From contig OZ241869.1 in NCBI GenBank assembly GCA_965202805.1, positions 3,808,001 through 3,872,000 on the forward strand: 64,000 nt of DNA. Direction: 5' to 3'. The notes below the pieces were generated by a model that was given only the letters and a program-made list of their open reading frames with translations, ran no database searches and had not been told where the DNA came from. The position numbers were made by a program, and so were the translations under genes. The stretch is from Longimicrobiales bacterium (GTDB taxonomy: Bacteria; Gemmatimonadota; Gemmatimonadetes; Longimicrobiales; Gaopeijiaceae). This document shows, piece by piece, positions 40,047 through 48,902 of this stretch (positions are counted from its first letter, which is position 1; every line of letters starts with the position of its first letter).

Positions 40047-41066
40047 ATGAGCGGACCGGCGCGCCGGGGTGCCGGCGGGCCGTACGTCCGGGTAACGCGC
40101 TGCGGCACCGTCGAGTCGATGCACCGAGTGCACGTGGCGGTGGCCGATGCCCTCGGGCGGCTGGTCGGCGGCTGCGGCGACCCTGGACAGGTGGCGTTCT
40201 ACCGGTCGGCCGCAAAGCCCTTCCAGGCGCTTCCGCTGGTGGAGGACGGCGTGGTGGACCGGTTCGGGTTCACGGAGGAAGAGCTCGCGCTGTGTTGCGC
40301 GTCCCACAACGCCGAACCCGAACACCTGGCTCTGGCGCGAAGCATGCTGGCCCGGGCCGGGCTGGACGAGCGCGCGCTGGCGTGCGGACCGCATCCGTCG
40401 CTGCGGCCGGAACGGGCTCGCGAGTTGTGGGCCCGGGGGGCCCGGCTCGGCGCCGTGCACAACAACTGTTCGGGCAAGCATGCGGGGATGCTCGCCCTGG
40501 CGGTGGCCAGGGGATGGCCCCCCGGTGGCTACCTTGAGCCCGGCCATCCCGTGCAGCAGCGCATGCTCGCCGAGATCGCGCGCTGGACGGGGGTGGCGGC
40601 ATCGGAACTCGTGACCGGGACCGACGGATGCGGGGTAGTGACCTTCGCGCTTCCGCTGGCGGACATGGCGGCATCGTTCGCGCGCTTCACGGCGGCGGCG
40701 GATGCGGGAGATCCCCCTGCGCGCATCGTAGCCGCGATGACGGGGCATCCGTTCGCGGTGGGGGGCACGGGCCGCACCTGCACGGCGGTAATGGAACGGC
40801 TGGGTGGCCGGGTGTTCGTCAAGACGGGCGCCGAGGGCGTGTACTGCGGAGGCGTGCCCGGGCGCGGCCTGGGCTTCGCGCTCAAGGTGGAGGACGGGGC
40901 CCGGCGCGCGAGCGACGTCGCCCTCGTCAGGGTGCTGTCGGATCTGGGCGTTGCGGACGCGGACGACGTCTCGGCGCTCACGGAGGGGCGCATCGAGGTG
41001 TTCAATACCCTGGGGATGGACGTGGGACGGATCGAGAACGCGTTCCGGGTCGAGATGAATCGGTGA
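40047..41066 (+). CDS. Class 3 (Rhizobium etli-type, Asparaginase_II) L-asparaginase
   Basis: RSAAKPFQA, CASH, NNCSGKH, DGCG, KTGAEG, KVEDG. Confidence 0.92.
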   Translation: MSGPARRGAGGPYVRVTRCGTVESMHRVHVAVADALGRLVGGCGDPGQVAFYRSAAKPFQALPLVEDGVVDRFGFTEEELALCCASHNAEPEHLALARSMLARAGLDERALACGPHPSLRPERARELWARGARLGAVHNNCSGKHAGMLALAVARGWPPGGYLEPGHPVQQRMLAEIARWTGVAASELVTGTDGCGVVTFALPLADMAASFARFTAAADAGDPPARIVAAMTGHPFAVGGTGRTCTAVMERLGGRVFVKTGAEGVYCGGVPGRGLGFALKVEDGARRASDVALVRVLSDLGVADADDVSALTEGRIEVFNTLGMDVGRIENAFRVEMNR

Positions 41067-41710
41067 CCGAAGCAGTTGGGGATGGGGCCGCGCCCGAGCC
41101 GCCGCTCGCCCCGGCGGAGCGGTCGCTGGTGAGGGTGAGCGCCGCGCTGGCGGCGGGAAGGGAGGAGGCCCTCCGCTCCGCGCTGGCGGACGCGGCGTGC
41201 GCCGCCGGCCCGGTGGAGGTGGAGGAGGCGCTCTTGCAAAGCTACCTGTTTCTGGGGTACCCGACGGCCCTCGCCGCGCTTGCGCTGTGGCGGGAGCTGA
41301 ATCCGGCACCGGCCGCGGAGGCGAGCCCCGACGACTGGCCGGGATGGGCGCGCCGGGGCGCAGCGCTCTGCCGTCGCGTCTACTCCACGCGGTACCGGGA
41401 GTTGCGTGCGAACGTCCGGCGCCTGCACCCCGACCTGGAGCGATGGATGGTGGTGGAAGGCTACGGCAAGGTCCTCTGCCGCCCGGGGCTGGACCCGCTC
41501 GTCCGGGAGTACTGCATCGTGGCCCTGCTCGCCGTGGCCGACGCGGGCCCGCAACTGTATTCGCACCTGCGCGGGGCGCTCAACCTGGGAGCTCCGGCGG
41601 GTGCGCTGGTGGAGACCCTGGAGGTGGCTGGCCGGTTCATGGACGAGGCTCGATGCGAGGCCGCGCGCGCCACATGGCGCCGGGTGCTGTCCCGCCGGAA
41701 GGAAGGGTAG
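41063..41710 (+). CDS. Carboxymuconolactone decarboxylase/AhpD-fold protein (no CxxC)
   Basis: LQSYLFLGYP, GYGKVLCRPGLD..RE, QLYSHLRGALNLGA. Confidence 0.8.
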   Translation: MTEAVGDGAAPEPPLAPAERSLVRVSAALAAGREEALRSALADAACAAGPVEVEEALLQSYLFLGYPTALAALALWRELNPAPAAEASPDDWPGWARRGAALCRRVYSTRYRELRANVRRLHPDLERWMVVEGYGKVLCRPGLDPLVREYCIVALLAVADAGPQLYSHLRGALNLGAPAGALVETLEVAGRFMDEARCEAARATWRRVLSRRKEG

Positions 41711-41713
41711 CCG

Positions 41714-42706
41714 ATGGGCGAGGCGATCTTCGTCGACCGGGCCGTCATCGAGGTGGCTGCGGGAACCGGCGGGTCCGGGGCCGAGGCGTTTCGGCGGGAG
41801 AAGGGCACGCCGCGCGGGGGGCCGTCCGGGGGAGACGGAGGCCGCGGGGGGGATGTGGTGCTCGTCACCGACCCTCAGCTCTCGACCCTGCTCGATTTCA
41901 GCTACCGGCGTCACTACCGGGCGGAGAGGGGGCGGCACGGCGGGGGCAGCAACCGCACCGGCCGCAGCGGCGCGCACCGGGTGGTGTCCGTGCCACCGGG
42001 CACCACCGTGCGGGACGCCGACACCTCGGAACTCATCGGCGAACTGCTCGCGGCCAGCGACCGGGTGGTGGTCGCCCGGGGGGGGCGGGGGGGGCGGGGC
42101 AACGCCCGCTTCGCCTCGGCGCGCAACCAGGCACCGACGCGGTGGGAACCGGGCGCCGAGGGAGAGGTCCGGCGCATCGCACTCGAACTCAAGCTGATCG
42201 CGGACGTCGGCCTGGTCGGAGAACCCAACGCCGGCAAGTCGACCCTGCTCGCGAGCGTGTCGGCGGCGCGGCCAAAGGTGGCTGAGTATCCCTTTACCAC
42301 GCTCGTGCCCAGCCTGGGAGTGGTTCACCTGCCCGACTTTCGATCCTTCGTGCTGGCCGACATCCCGGGCATCATCGAAGGCGCGCACGAGGGGAAGGGC
42401 CTGGGACTGCGCTTTCTGCGCCACGTCGAGCGCACGCGCACGCTGGTGTATCTGATTCCGGCCGACTCGGGCGACCCCCAGGCGGAGTACGAGCGGCTGC
42501 GCTCCGAGTTGCGAAGCCACTCCCGCGCCCTGGCCGCAAGAGAGCATTGCCTGGTGGTGTCCAAGATGGACCTGGTGGATCCCGGCGCCCCGGCGCCTCC
42601 GATCGAGGCGCCCGACGCATGGGGGTGCTTCGCGGTGTCCGCGGTGACCCGCCGCGGCATCGACGAGTTGTGCGAGGCGCTGTGGCGTCGAACCCGGCAG
42701 AGCTGA
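41714..42706 (+). CDS. obgE: GTPase ObgE/CgtA
   Basis: GGDGGRGG Obg fold, GEPNAGKST, YPFTTL, DIPG, GLGLRFLRHVER. Confidence 0.98.
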   Translation: MGEAIFVDRAVIEVAAGTGGSGAEAFRREKGTPRGGPSGGDGGRGGDVVLVTDPQLSTLLDFSYRRHYRAERGRHGGGSNRTGRSGAHRVVSVPPGTTVRDADTSELIGELLAASDRVVVARGGRGGRGNARFASARNQAPTRWEPGAEGEVRRIALELKLIADVGLVGEPNAGKSTLLASVSAARPKVAEYPFTTLVPSLGVVHLPDFRSFVLADIPGIIEGAHEGKGLGLRFLRHVERTRTLVYLIPADSGDPQAEYERLRSELRSHSRALAAREHCLVVSKMDLVDPGAPAPPIEAPDAWGCFAVSAVTRRGIDELCEALWRRTRQS

Positions 42707-42759
42707 CCGTCGTGCCCGGTCCATCGACGTCCTCAGCGGCGGACGCCCCGCTCGATGTC

Positions 42760-43839
42760 ATGAACGACGAGGTGGTCGCCCGGATTCGCTGGACTCTGCA
42801 CAAGGGAGTCGGGGCGGTGACGCTGCGGCACCTCATCGACAAGTTCGGTTCAGCGCGCGCGGCGCTCGCCGTGAAGGACGGCAAGCTGCCGTCGAAGGTC
42901 CGCCGCGCGCGTGATGCGGGCGAGACCACGCGACCGGTCGAGGAGGTGCTCGCCGCCGCGCGGCGGATCGGGGCGCTGGCGACCGGATACAAACTGCGAG
43001 GGTTTCCCGGGCGGCTCACGCACCTGCATCATCCGCCGCCGCTGCTCTTCCTGCGCGGGGACCCCTCCCTGCTGCACGCTCCCGCCGTGGCCGTGGTCGG
43101 GTCGCGCAAGGCCAGCGAGTATGGACGCGGCATGGCGCGCGGCATCGGGGAGGGGCTGGCCAGGGCGGGCGTTGCCGTCGTGAGCGGGATGGCGCTGGGA
43201 ATCGACGGCGCCGCACACCGGGGCGCCCTGGCCGCGGGGGGCGGCACCACCGCGGTGCTGGGATCGGGACCCGACCGGGCGCATCCACCTTCCCACCGCC
43301 GACTCTTCGAGGGCATCCTCAAGCGGGGCCTGGTGGTCTCGGAGTTTCTCCCCGGCGAAGAGCCCTTGCCGCACCATTTCCCCCGGCGCAACCGGCTGAT
43401 CGCCGCTCTTTCCCAGGCGGTGGTCGTAGTGGAGGCCGCCAGGAGGAGCGGTGCCCTGATCACGGTCGGACACGCCCTGGAGATCGGCCGGGACGTGTTC
43501 GCAGTGCCCGGAACGGTCGGCCGCCCCCAGAGCGAAGGGGTCCATGCCCTGATCCGCGACGGCGCCGGCCTGGTCACGAGCGCCCACGACATCCTTCTGG
43601 AAACCGGCCTCGCAGGCGCAAAGCCGGAGGCGCGCTCCCGCGACCGGATGCCGTCCGGGCTGGATGCCCGCCAACGGGCCCTCTGGGACGCGCTGGAGGC
43701 CGAGCCCGGCCACATCGACGTCCTCGCCCGGCGGGCCCGCCTGGAAGTGGCGACCGCGGCGGCCATCCTGTCGGTCATGGAGGTTCACGGATGGGTGAGG
43801 CGGGCGCCCGGGCTGCGCTTCGCCAGATCCCCGACCTGA
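42760..43839 (+). CDS. dprA: DNA-processing protein DprA (alternative start GTG 42712)
   Basis: VVGSR, VSGMALGIDGAAH, FPRRNRLI, VVEA..SGALIT, C-terminal wHTH. Confidence 0.95.
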   Translation: MNDEVVARIRWTLHKGVGAVTLRHLIDKFGSARAALAVKDGKLPSKVRRARDAGETTRPVEEVLAAARRIGALATGYKLRGFPGRLTHLHHPPPLLFLRGDPSLLHAPAVAVVGSRKASEYGRGMARGIGEGLARAGVAVVSGMALGIDGAAHRGALAAGGGTTAVLGSGPDRAHPPSHRRLFEGILKRGLVVSEFLPGEEPLPHHFPRRNRLIAALSQAVVVVEAARRSGALITVGHALEIGRDVFAVPGTVGRPQSEGVHALIRDGAGLVTSAHDILLETGLAGAKPEARSRDRMPSGLDARQRALWDALEAEPGHIDVLARRARLEVATAAAILSVMEVHGWVRRAPGLRFARSPT

Positions 43840-43840
43840 C

Positions 43841-44995
43841 GTGGACAGCGCGACATCATCCGTCTACGTGCACGCGCCCTTCTGTGCCCGCCGCTGCTTC
43901 TACTGCGACTTCGCCGTCAAGGTCGACCGCGAGGGTGGACACGAGGCCTGGCTGCAGGCGATCTCCGCGGAATGGCACCAGACCCGGCGCGAGGCGCTGT
44001 TCTCGTTCCCGGAACCGCTCGAGACGCTCTACGTCGGCGGAGGCACGCCTTCCCTCCTGGGCACCCCGGCCATGGACGGGCTCGCATCCCTGATCGGGCC
44101 CCGCCTCCTGAGCCATCCCCGCCTGGAGTGGACCGCGGAGGCGAATCCGGAGAGCTTCACTCCCGGCATCGCGCGCGCCTGGCGAGAGGCGGGGGTGAAT
44201 CGCGTCAGCCTGGGCGTCCAGAGCTTCCACGAGCCGTCGCTGCGCTGGATGGGACGCCTGCACGGTTCCACGGGTGGCGCCGAGGCCGTGCGCAACGCCC
44301 GCGGCGCCGGTTTCGGGAATGTGAGCGCGGACCTCATCTTCGGCCTTCCGGCGCGTCTCGGGCGGGATTGGAGCGACGACCTCGGTCGCGCGCTCGACCT
44401 GGGTGTCGAGCACATGAGTCTCTACGGGCTGACCGTGGAGGCGCGCACGCCGCTGGGAAGGGCGGTGGCCGGCGGTCGCGAGCGGGTCGCCTGCGAGGAT
44501 CGGTACCGGGACGAATACCTGGAGGCGGTGGAACGGCTCACCGGGGCGGGCTACCTTCACTACGAGGTCAGCAGCTTCGCCCTCCCCGGCCGGGAATCCC
44601 GCCATAATGAAGTGTACTGGTCGGGCCGTTCCTACCTGGGCCTGGGCAACGGCGCGCACAGCTTTTGCAAGCCCTTGCGGCGCTGGAACCTGCGTGACTG
44701 GGAGGAATACAGTACATCGGTCGTGAAGGGCGACTCCGCGATCGCGGGTCACGAGGTGCTGGACCCCGCCGCGCTGCGCCTGGAGCGGATCTGGCTGGGA
44801 CTCCGCGCCCGCAAGGGCGTGTCCCTGGCGTCGATTCCCGCGCGGGCCGCCGCCGTGACCGAGCGATGGATTCGCCGGGGTTGGGCCCGGGCCGAGGCCG
44901 GCAGGCTGCGCCTGACATACGAAGGCTGGCTGCTGCTCGACGCCCTCGCCATCGAGCTGGACGAAGCAGTGACGAGCAGAAAGGACATGGAATGA
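43841..44995 (+). CDS. hemW: Radical SAM heme chaperone HemW
   Basis: YVHAPFCARRCFYCDF, GGGTPS, NRVSLGVQSF, YEVSSF, HN..YW. Confidence 0.92.
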   Translation: MDSATSSVYVHAPFCARRCFYCDFAVKVDREGGHEAWLQAISAEWHQTRREALFSFPEPLETLYVGGGTPSLLGTPAMDGLASLIGPRLLSHPRLEWTAEANPESFTPGIARAWREAGVNRVSLGVQSFHEPSLRWMGRLHGSTGGAEAVRNARGAGFGNVSADLIFGLPARLGRDWSDDLGRALDLGVEHMSLYGLTVEARTPLGRAVAGGRERVACEDRYRDEYLEAVERLTGAGYLHYEVSSFALPGRESRHNEVYWSGRSYLGLGNGAHSFCKPLRRWNLRDWEEYSTSVVKGDSAIAGHEVLDPAALRLERIWLGLRARKGVSLASIPARAAAVTERWIRRGWARAEAGRLRLTYEGWLLLDALAIELDEAVTSRKDME

Positions 44996-46074
44996 CGATG
45001 CGGACAGGGGGACTGCGGGAGCGCATCGTCGTCCGCGAAGAGCTGACGGCGCGGGAGCGACAGGTTCTGGAGGCAGTGGTACGCACCTACGTCGACACCG
45101 CCGGCCCCGTCGGCAGCCTCTCGGTCACCCGGCGCTGGAAGCTGGGGGTGTCGGCCGCCACCATCCGCAACACCATGGCGGACCTGGAGTCCAAGGGATA
45201 CCTGGCCCGGCCTCACGCATCCGCCGGTCGGGTCCCGACCGACTCCGCCTACCGGTACTTCGTGGACCGCCTCATCCGCCCCACGCCCCTGACCAATGCG
45301 GAGCGCGACCGCCTCGAGGAAGAGCTTGACCCGGATGCCGCCTCACCGATCGAGCGCCTGGTTCGGCGAACCACCCGCGCCCTCAGCCTGATCAGCCACG
45401 AGCTGGGACTGGGGCTGGTGCCGAGCCTGGACTCGGCGGTCCTCGAAAAGATCGAACTCATACGGCTGTCCTCGCACAAGGCGCTCATGGTGGCCACCGT
45501 GCGCGACGGCCTGGTGCGCACGGTCTACGTCGATCTTCCCCTGGAGATTCCGCGGGATACTCTGGTGACCCTGACCGTCATCCTGAACGAGCGTCTCGCC
45601 GGGCTCACCTTCGCAGACCTGAGGGAGTCTCTGCCCGAACGCCTGCGCGATCCGGGCACGGACAGCGAAACCGCCACCGAACTGCTCAACATCTTCATGG
45701 AGTCCGCCCAGTCGCTGCTGGACTGGCCGGAGGCCGGCGGATCTCCCGTGCTCTTCGGCCAGACCTCGGTCCTCGCCAGCCAGCCGGAGTTCACCAGCGG
45801 ACAGCGACTCAAGAGCCTGATCGAATTGACCGAGCACAACCAGCTGATGCAGAGCGTGCTGAGCAACCGCAGTCACGGCGGCGGATTGCGCATCACGATC
45901 GGCCGGGAGCATCGGGATGAAGCGCTCTCGGGGTTCACGCTCGTGACGGCCGAATACCACGTGGGCGGACTCAAGGGGGTGGTGGGGGTCATCGGCCCCA
46001 CGCGCATGCCCTACGAGAAGGTCATCAGCCTGGTGGGTTACACTTCTTCCCTCGTGAACGACATTCTGCGCTGA
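44992..46074 (+). CDS. hrcA: Heat-inducible transcription repressor HrcA
   Basis: PVGS, SAATIRNTMADLE..G, PHASAGRVPT..YRYFVD, GVIGPTRM.Y. Confidence 0.97.
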   Translation: MTMRTGGLRERIVVREELTARERQVLEAVVRTYVDTAGPVGSLSVTRRWKLGVSAATIRNTMADLESKGYLARPHASAGRVPTDSAYRYFVDRLIRPTPLTNAERDRLEEELDPDAASPIERLVRRTTRALSLISHELGLGLVPSLDSAVLEKIELIRLSSHKALMVATVRDGLVRTVYVDLPLEIPRDTLVTLTVILNERLAGLTFADLRESLPERLRDPGTDSETATELLNIFMESAQSLLDWPEAGGSPVLFGQTSVLASQPEFTSGQRLKSLIELTEHNQLMQSVLSNRSHGGGLRITIGREHRDEALSGFTLVTAEYHVGGLKGVVGVIGPTRMPYEKVISLVGYTSSLVNDILR

Positions 46075-46087
46075 GCGCGGGGTCCGA

Positions 46088-47233
46088 ATGGCAGACTACT
46101 ACGAGACCCTGGGCGTTTCCCGGGGCGCGGACCTGCAGGAGATCCGGAAGGCCTACCGGCGTCTGGCGATGCAGCACCACCCCGATCGCAATCAGGGTTC
46201 GCGGGAGGCGGAGGAGCGCTTCAAGGAGGTCACGCGCGCGTACGAGGTTCTGAGCAATCCGGAGAAGAGGGAGCTCTACGACCGGTACGGGGAGCAGGGG
46301 CTCAACCGCGGCCGGGGCGGCGGCGGCTTCGGCGGCTTCGACTTCTCGGACGCGATCGAGATCTTCATGCGGGACTTCGGAGGCGGGGGCGCTTTCGGCG
46401 ACCTGTTCGGCCGCCGCCCGCCCGATACCTCGCGCAGCCGGAGAGGGAAGGGCATTCGTCTCCGTCTTCGACTGACGCTGGGGGAGGTTGCGAGCGGAGT
46501 CGACAAGCGGCTGCGGGTAAGCCTGCTCGAGCCCTGCGAGGACTGCGGCGCCACCGGGGCTCTCGGTACCGGACCGACTCTCTGTCCGGAGTGCCGCGGC
46601 ACCGGCCAGGAGCGCATCAGCCAGCGTTCCCCTTTCGGACAATTCGTAAGCGTGCAGCCGTGCCGCAGGTGCGGAGGGACGGGGCAGGTCATCGAGGATC
46701 CCTGTCCTGCATGCCGCGGAGAAGGGCGTGTGCGTGAGGAATCCACCATCACCGTCGAGGTGCCCGCAGGCGTCTCCTCGGAGAACTACATCACCCTGCG
46801 CGGGCAGGGGAACGCCGGGCCGTGGGGAGGGCCGCGCGGCGACATCACCGTCCTGATCGCCGTCGAGGACCATCCCGACTTCAAGCGCGACGGCAACGAC
46901 CTGGTTCATGAGCTTCACGTGACCTTCACCCAGGCCGCGCTGGGCGATCAGGTCGACGTGCCGACCGTCGAAGGAAGCGCGCCCCTTTCGGTGCCCGCCG
47001 GGGTCCAGAGCGGCGAGGTGCTGCGCATGCGCGGCCTGGGCCTGCCGGACCTGGGCGGGGGCATGCGGGGCGACCAGCTCGTGCGCGTGGTCGTCTGGAC
47101 CCCCGAGGACCTCGACCGCCGGCAGCGGGAGGCGCTGCAGCGGCTGCGGGAGGTGGAGGATCCGGTTCCCGAGGATGCGGGGCGGGGCAGAAGGGGATTC
47201 TGGGCACGCGTGAAGGAGGCTTTCGTACCGTAG
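46088..47233 (+). CDS. dnaJ: Chaperone DnaJ
   Basis: J domain HPD, G/F region, four CxxCxxxG zinc motifs. Confidence 0.98.
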   Translation: MADYYETLGVSRGADLQEIRKAYRRLAMQHHPDRNQGSREAEERFKEVTRAYEVLSNPEKRELYDRYGEQGLNRGRGGGGFGGFDFSDAIEIFMRDFGGGGAFGDLFGRRPPDTSRSRRGKGIRLRLRLTLGEVASGVDKRLRVSLLEPCEDCGATGALGTGPTLCPECRGTGQERISQRSPFGQFVSVQPCRRCGGTGQVIEDPCPACRGEGRVREESTITVEVPAGVSSENYITLRGQGNAGPWGGPRGDITVLIAVEDHPDFKRDGNDLVHELHVTFTQAALGDQVDVPTVEGSAPLSVPAGVQSGEVLRMRGLGLPDLGGGMRGDQLVRVVVWTPEDLDRRQREALQRLREVEDPVPEDAGRGRRGFWARVKEAFVP

Positions 47234-47265
47234 TTGGCCTGCCACCCGGTCCCATTCGCCCCGCC

Positions 47266-48147
47266 ATGAGACCTGATCGCTGGCTCGCCGTCGTCGCCGG
47301 CTTACCCGATTCCGCCGCCGCCGGCCTGGTCGCCGCGGAACTCGTCCGCGCGGGTGCGCGCGCGGCCGTTGAGCAGGCGGACGGCACGCTGGTCACCCAC
47401 TTCCTGCCCCCCACCGACGTTCCGGCGTTTCTCGACGCCCTCGGCAGCGAACTGAACCGGGTAGCCGGCCACACCGTCCATCTGCGCTGGCACTGGCAGC
47501 CACACGAGGAATGGACGGAGACCTGGAGGCAGGGGCTCAGGCCAACGCGGGTCAGCCGCCGCATCACCGTGGCGCCGACCTGGGACGTGCCGCCCGAGCC
47601 GCACGGGGGCGTGCTGATCATCCTCGATCCCGGGCTGGCGTTCGGCACCGCCGGCCACGCCTCGACCCGTTGCGCCCTGCGACTGCTCGACGCCGCGGTT
47701 CGCCCCGGGACCGCCATTGCCGACGTGGGAACGGGTTCGGGAATCCTCGCCATCGCCGCGGCCAGGCTCGGCGCCGGGCGTGTGCTGGCCGCCGACACCG
47801 ATCCGTTCGCATGCGCAGCGGCCCGCGACAACGTGGCCGCCAACCGCGCCGGCGAGGTGGTCGACGTCCACGAGCGCGAAGTGTCGCCCGATTGGCTTGC
47901 AGCGAACCACCCTCTGGACGGCGTGGCCGCGAACATCGAGAGCGGGGTGCTGACCGCTCTCCTGCCCGGGTTCGCCGCCGCCCTGGCGCCCGGCGGCTGG
48001 CTCCTGGTGTCGGGATTGCGCGCCGAAGAATCAGGCGATTTCGCCTACGAGGCCGCGCCCTGCGGTTTCCGCCTGCGGGACGACGACGCCGAAGACGGCT
48101 GGTGGGCGGGGACCTTCCGCCTCGTCCCCGATCCGGCGGACGGGTAG
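47266..48147 (+). CDS. prmA: Ribosomal protein L11 methyltransferase
   Basis: DPGLAFGT..H.ST, DVGTGSGILAI, ANI, SG; follows dnaJ. Confidence 0.93.
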   Translation: MRPDRWLAVVAGLPDSAAAGLVAAELVRAGARAAVEQADGTLVTHFLPPTDVPAFLDALGSELNRVAGHTVHLRWHWQPHEEWTETWRQGLRPTRVSRRITVAPTWDVPPEPHGGVLIILDPGLAFGTAGHASTRCALRLLDAAVRPGTAIADVGTGSGILAIAAARLGAGRVLAADTDPFACAAARDNVAANRAGEVVDVHEREVSPDWLAANHPLDGVAANIESGVLTALLPGFAAALAPGGWLLVSGLRAEESGDFAYEAAPCGFRLRDDDAEDGWWAGTFRLVPDPADG

Positions 48148-48608
48148 GCAAACCACAGCCCCGCCGCGTTGCGTCGCTTCCGCAGGCGCCGGTGCTCCCT
48201 CAGCAATCGGAACCAGCGGTTGACGGCCGATGGCGACTTCACGTCCAGGCTGCGGGCAAGACAGACCAGCGTGCGGTGGTTCCAGCGAACCAGGGGGTCG
48301 CCGCGCGGGTACCTGTGATCGTCGATGTCAAGGAGGACCACCCAGGGGCACGGCGTGAGATACTGCTCCGAGAGCACCGGCCCGTAGGACCCCGGCGACT
48401 GATTGAGGCTGCCCGCGGTCCACGCTCCGCGCATGGGATCGAGGAGGCGGTAGCGGTCGGGGTGGTGGAGCACAGCCTCAACCACCTGTGCAGCCGCGGG
48501 CTCCGTATCGCCCTCCTGCCGGAGCCTGCGCATGATCGTGTCCAGGCTGGCGGCGATCATTCCCGTCTCCGACATCACCCGGTTGATTCGCTCCGCGATC
48601 TCGTTCAA
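48045..48608 (-). CDS. Hypothetical protein
   Basis: GGAGG about 7 nt before the TTG start; fills the gap between prmA and mutS2; protein-like helical sequence; 3' end overlaps prmA by 103 bp. Confidence 0.55.
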   Translation of the reverse strand: MNEIAERINRVMSETGMIAASLDTIMRRLRQEGDTEPAAAQVVEAVLHHPDRYRLLDPMRGAWTAGSLNQSPGSYGPVLSEQYLTPCPWVVLLDIDDHRYPRGDPLVRWNHRTLVCLARSLDVKSPSAVNRWFRLLREHRRLRKRRNAAGLWFAYPSAGSGTRRKVPAHQPSSASSSRRRKPQGAAS

Positions 48609-48902
48609 CCAGAACCTCCGTCCTTCGAGGAAAGTCAGGGTGTCACCGGCGGATTCCCGGAGTGAGTCCCAGATAGGTTAGGCTCTCGGGGCGGGCTCTC
48701 CCATGGCCGAATGGGACGTTCCGGGATCGTGGCGGCCGCACCGGCCGTCCTCGCGGCCCGTTTCAGGGCGGCTTTGGGAACGGGAGCGGCCGGCTGCGGC
48801 CACCGCGTTGACCCTCCTGGCGGGGCCGGATACCTTCCTTCTCCGATCCGCGACCACCCGCCCGCGCCGTCAGGGAGGGCGGTGCATGAACGCGCCATCC
48901 TG

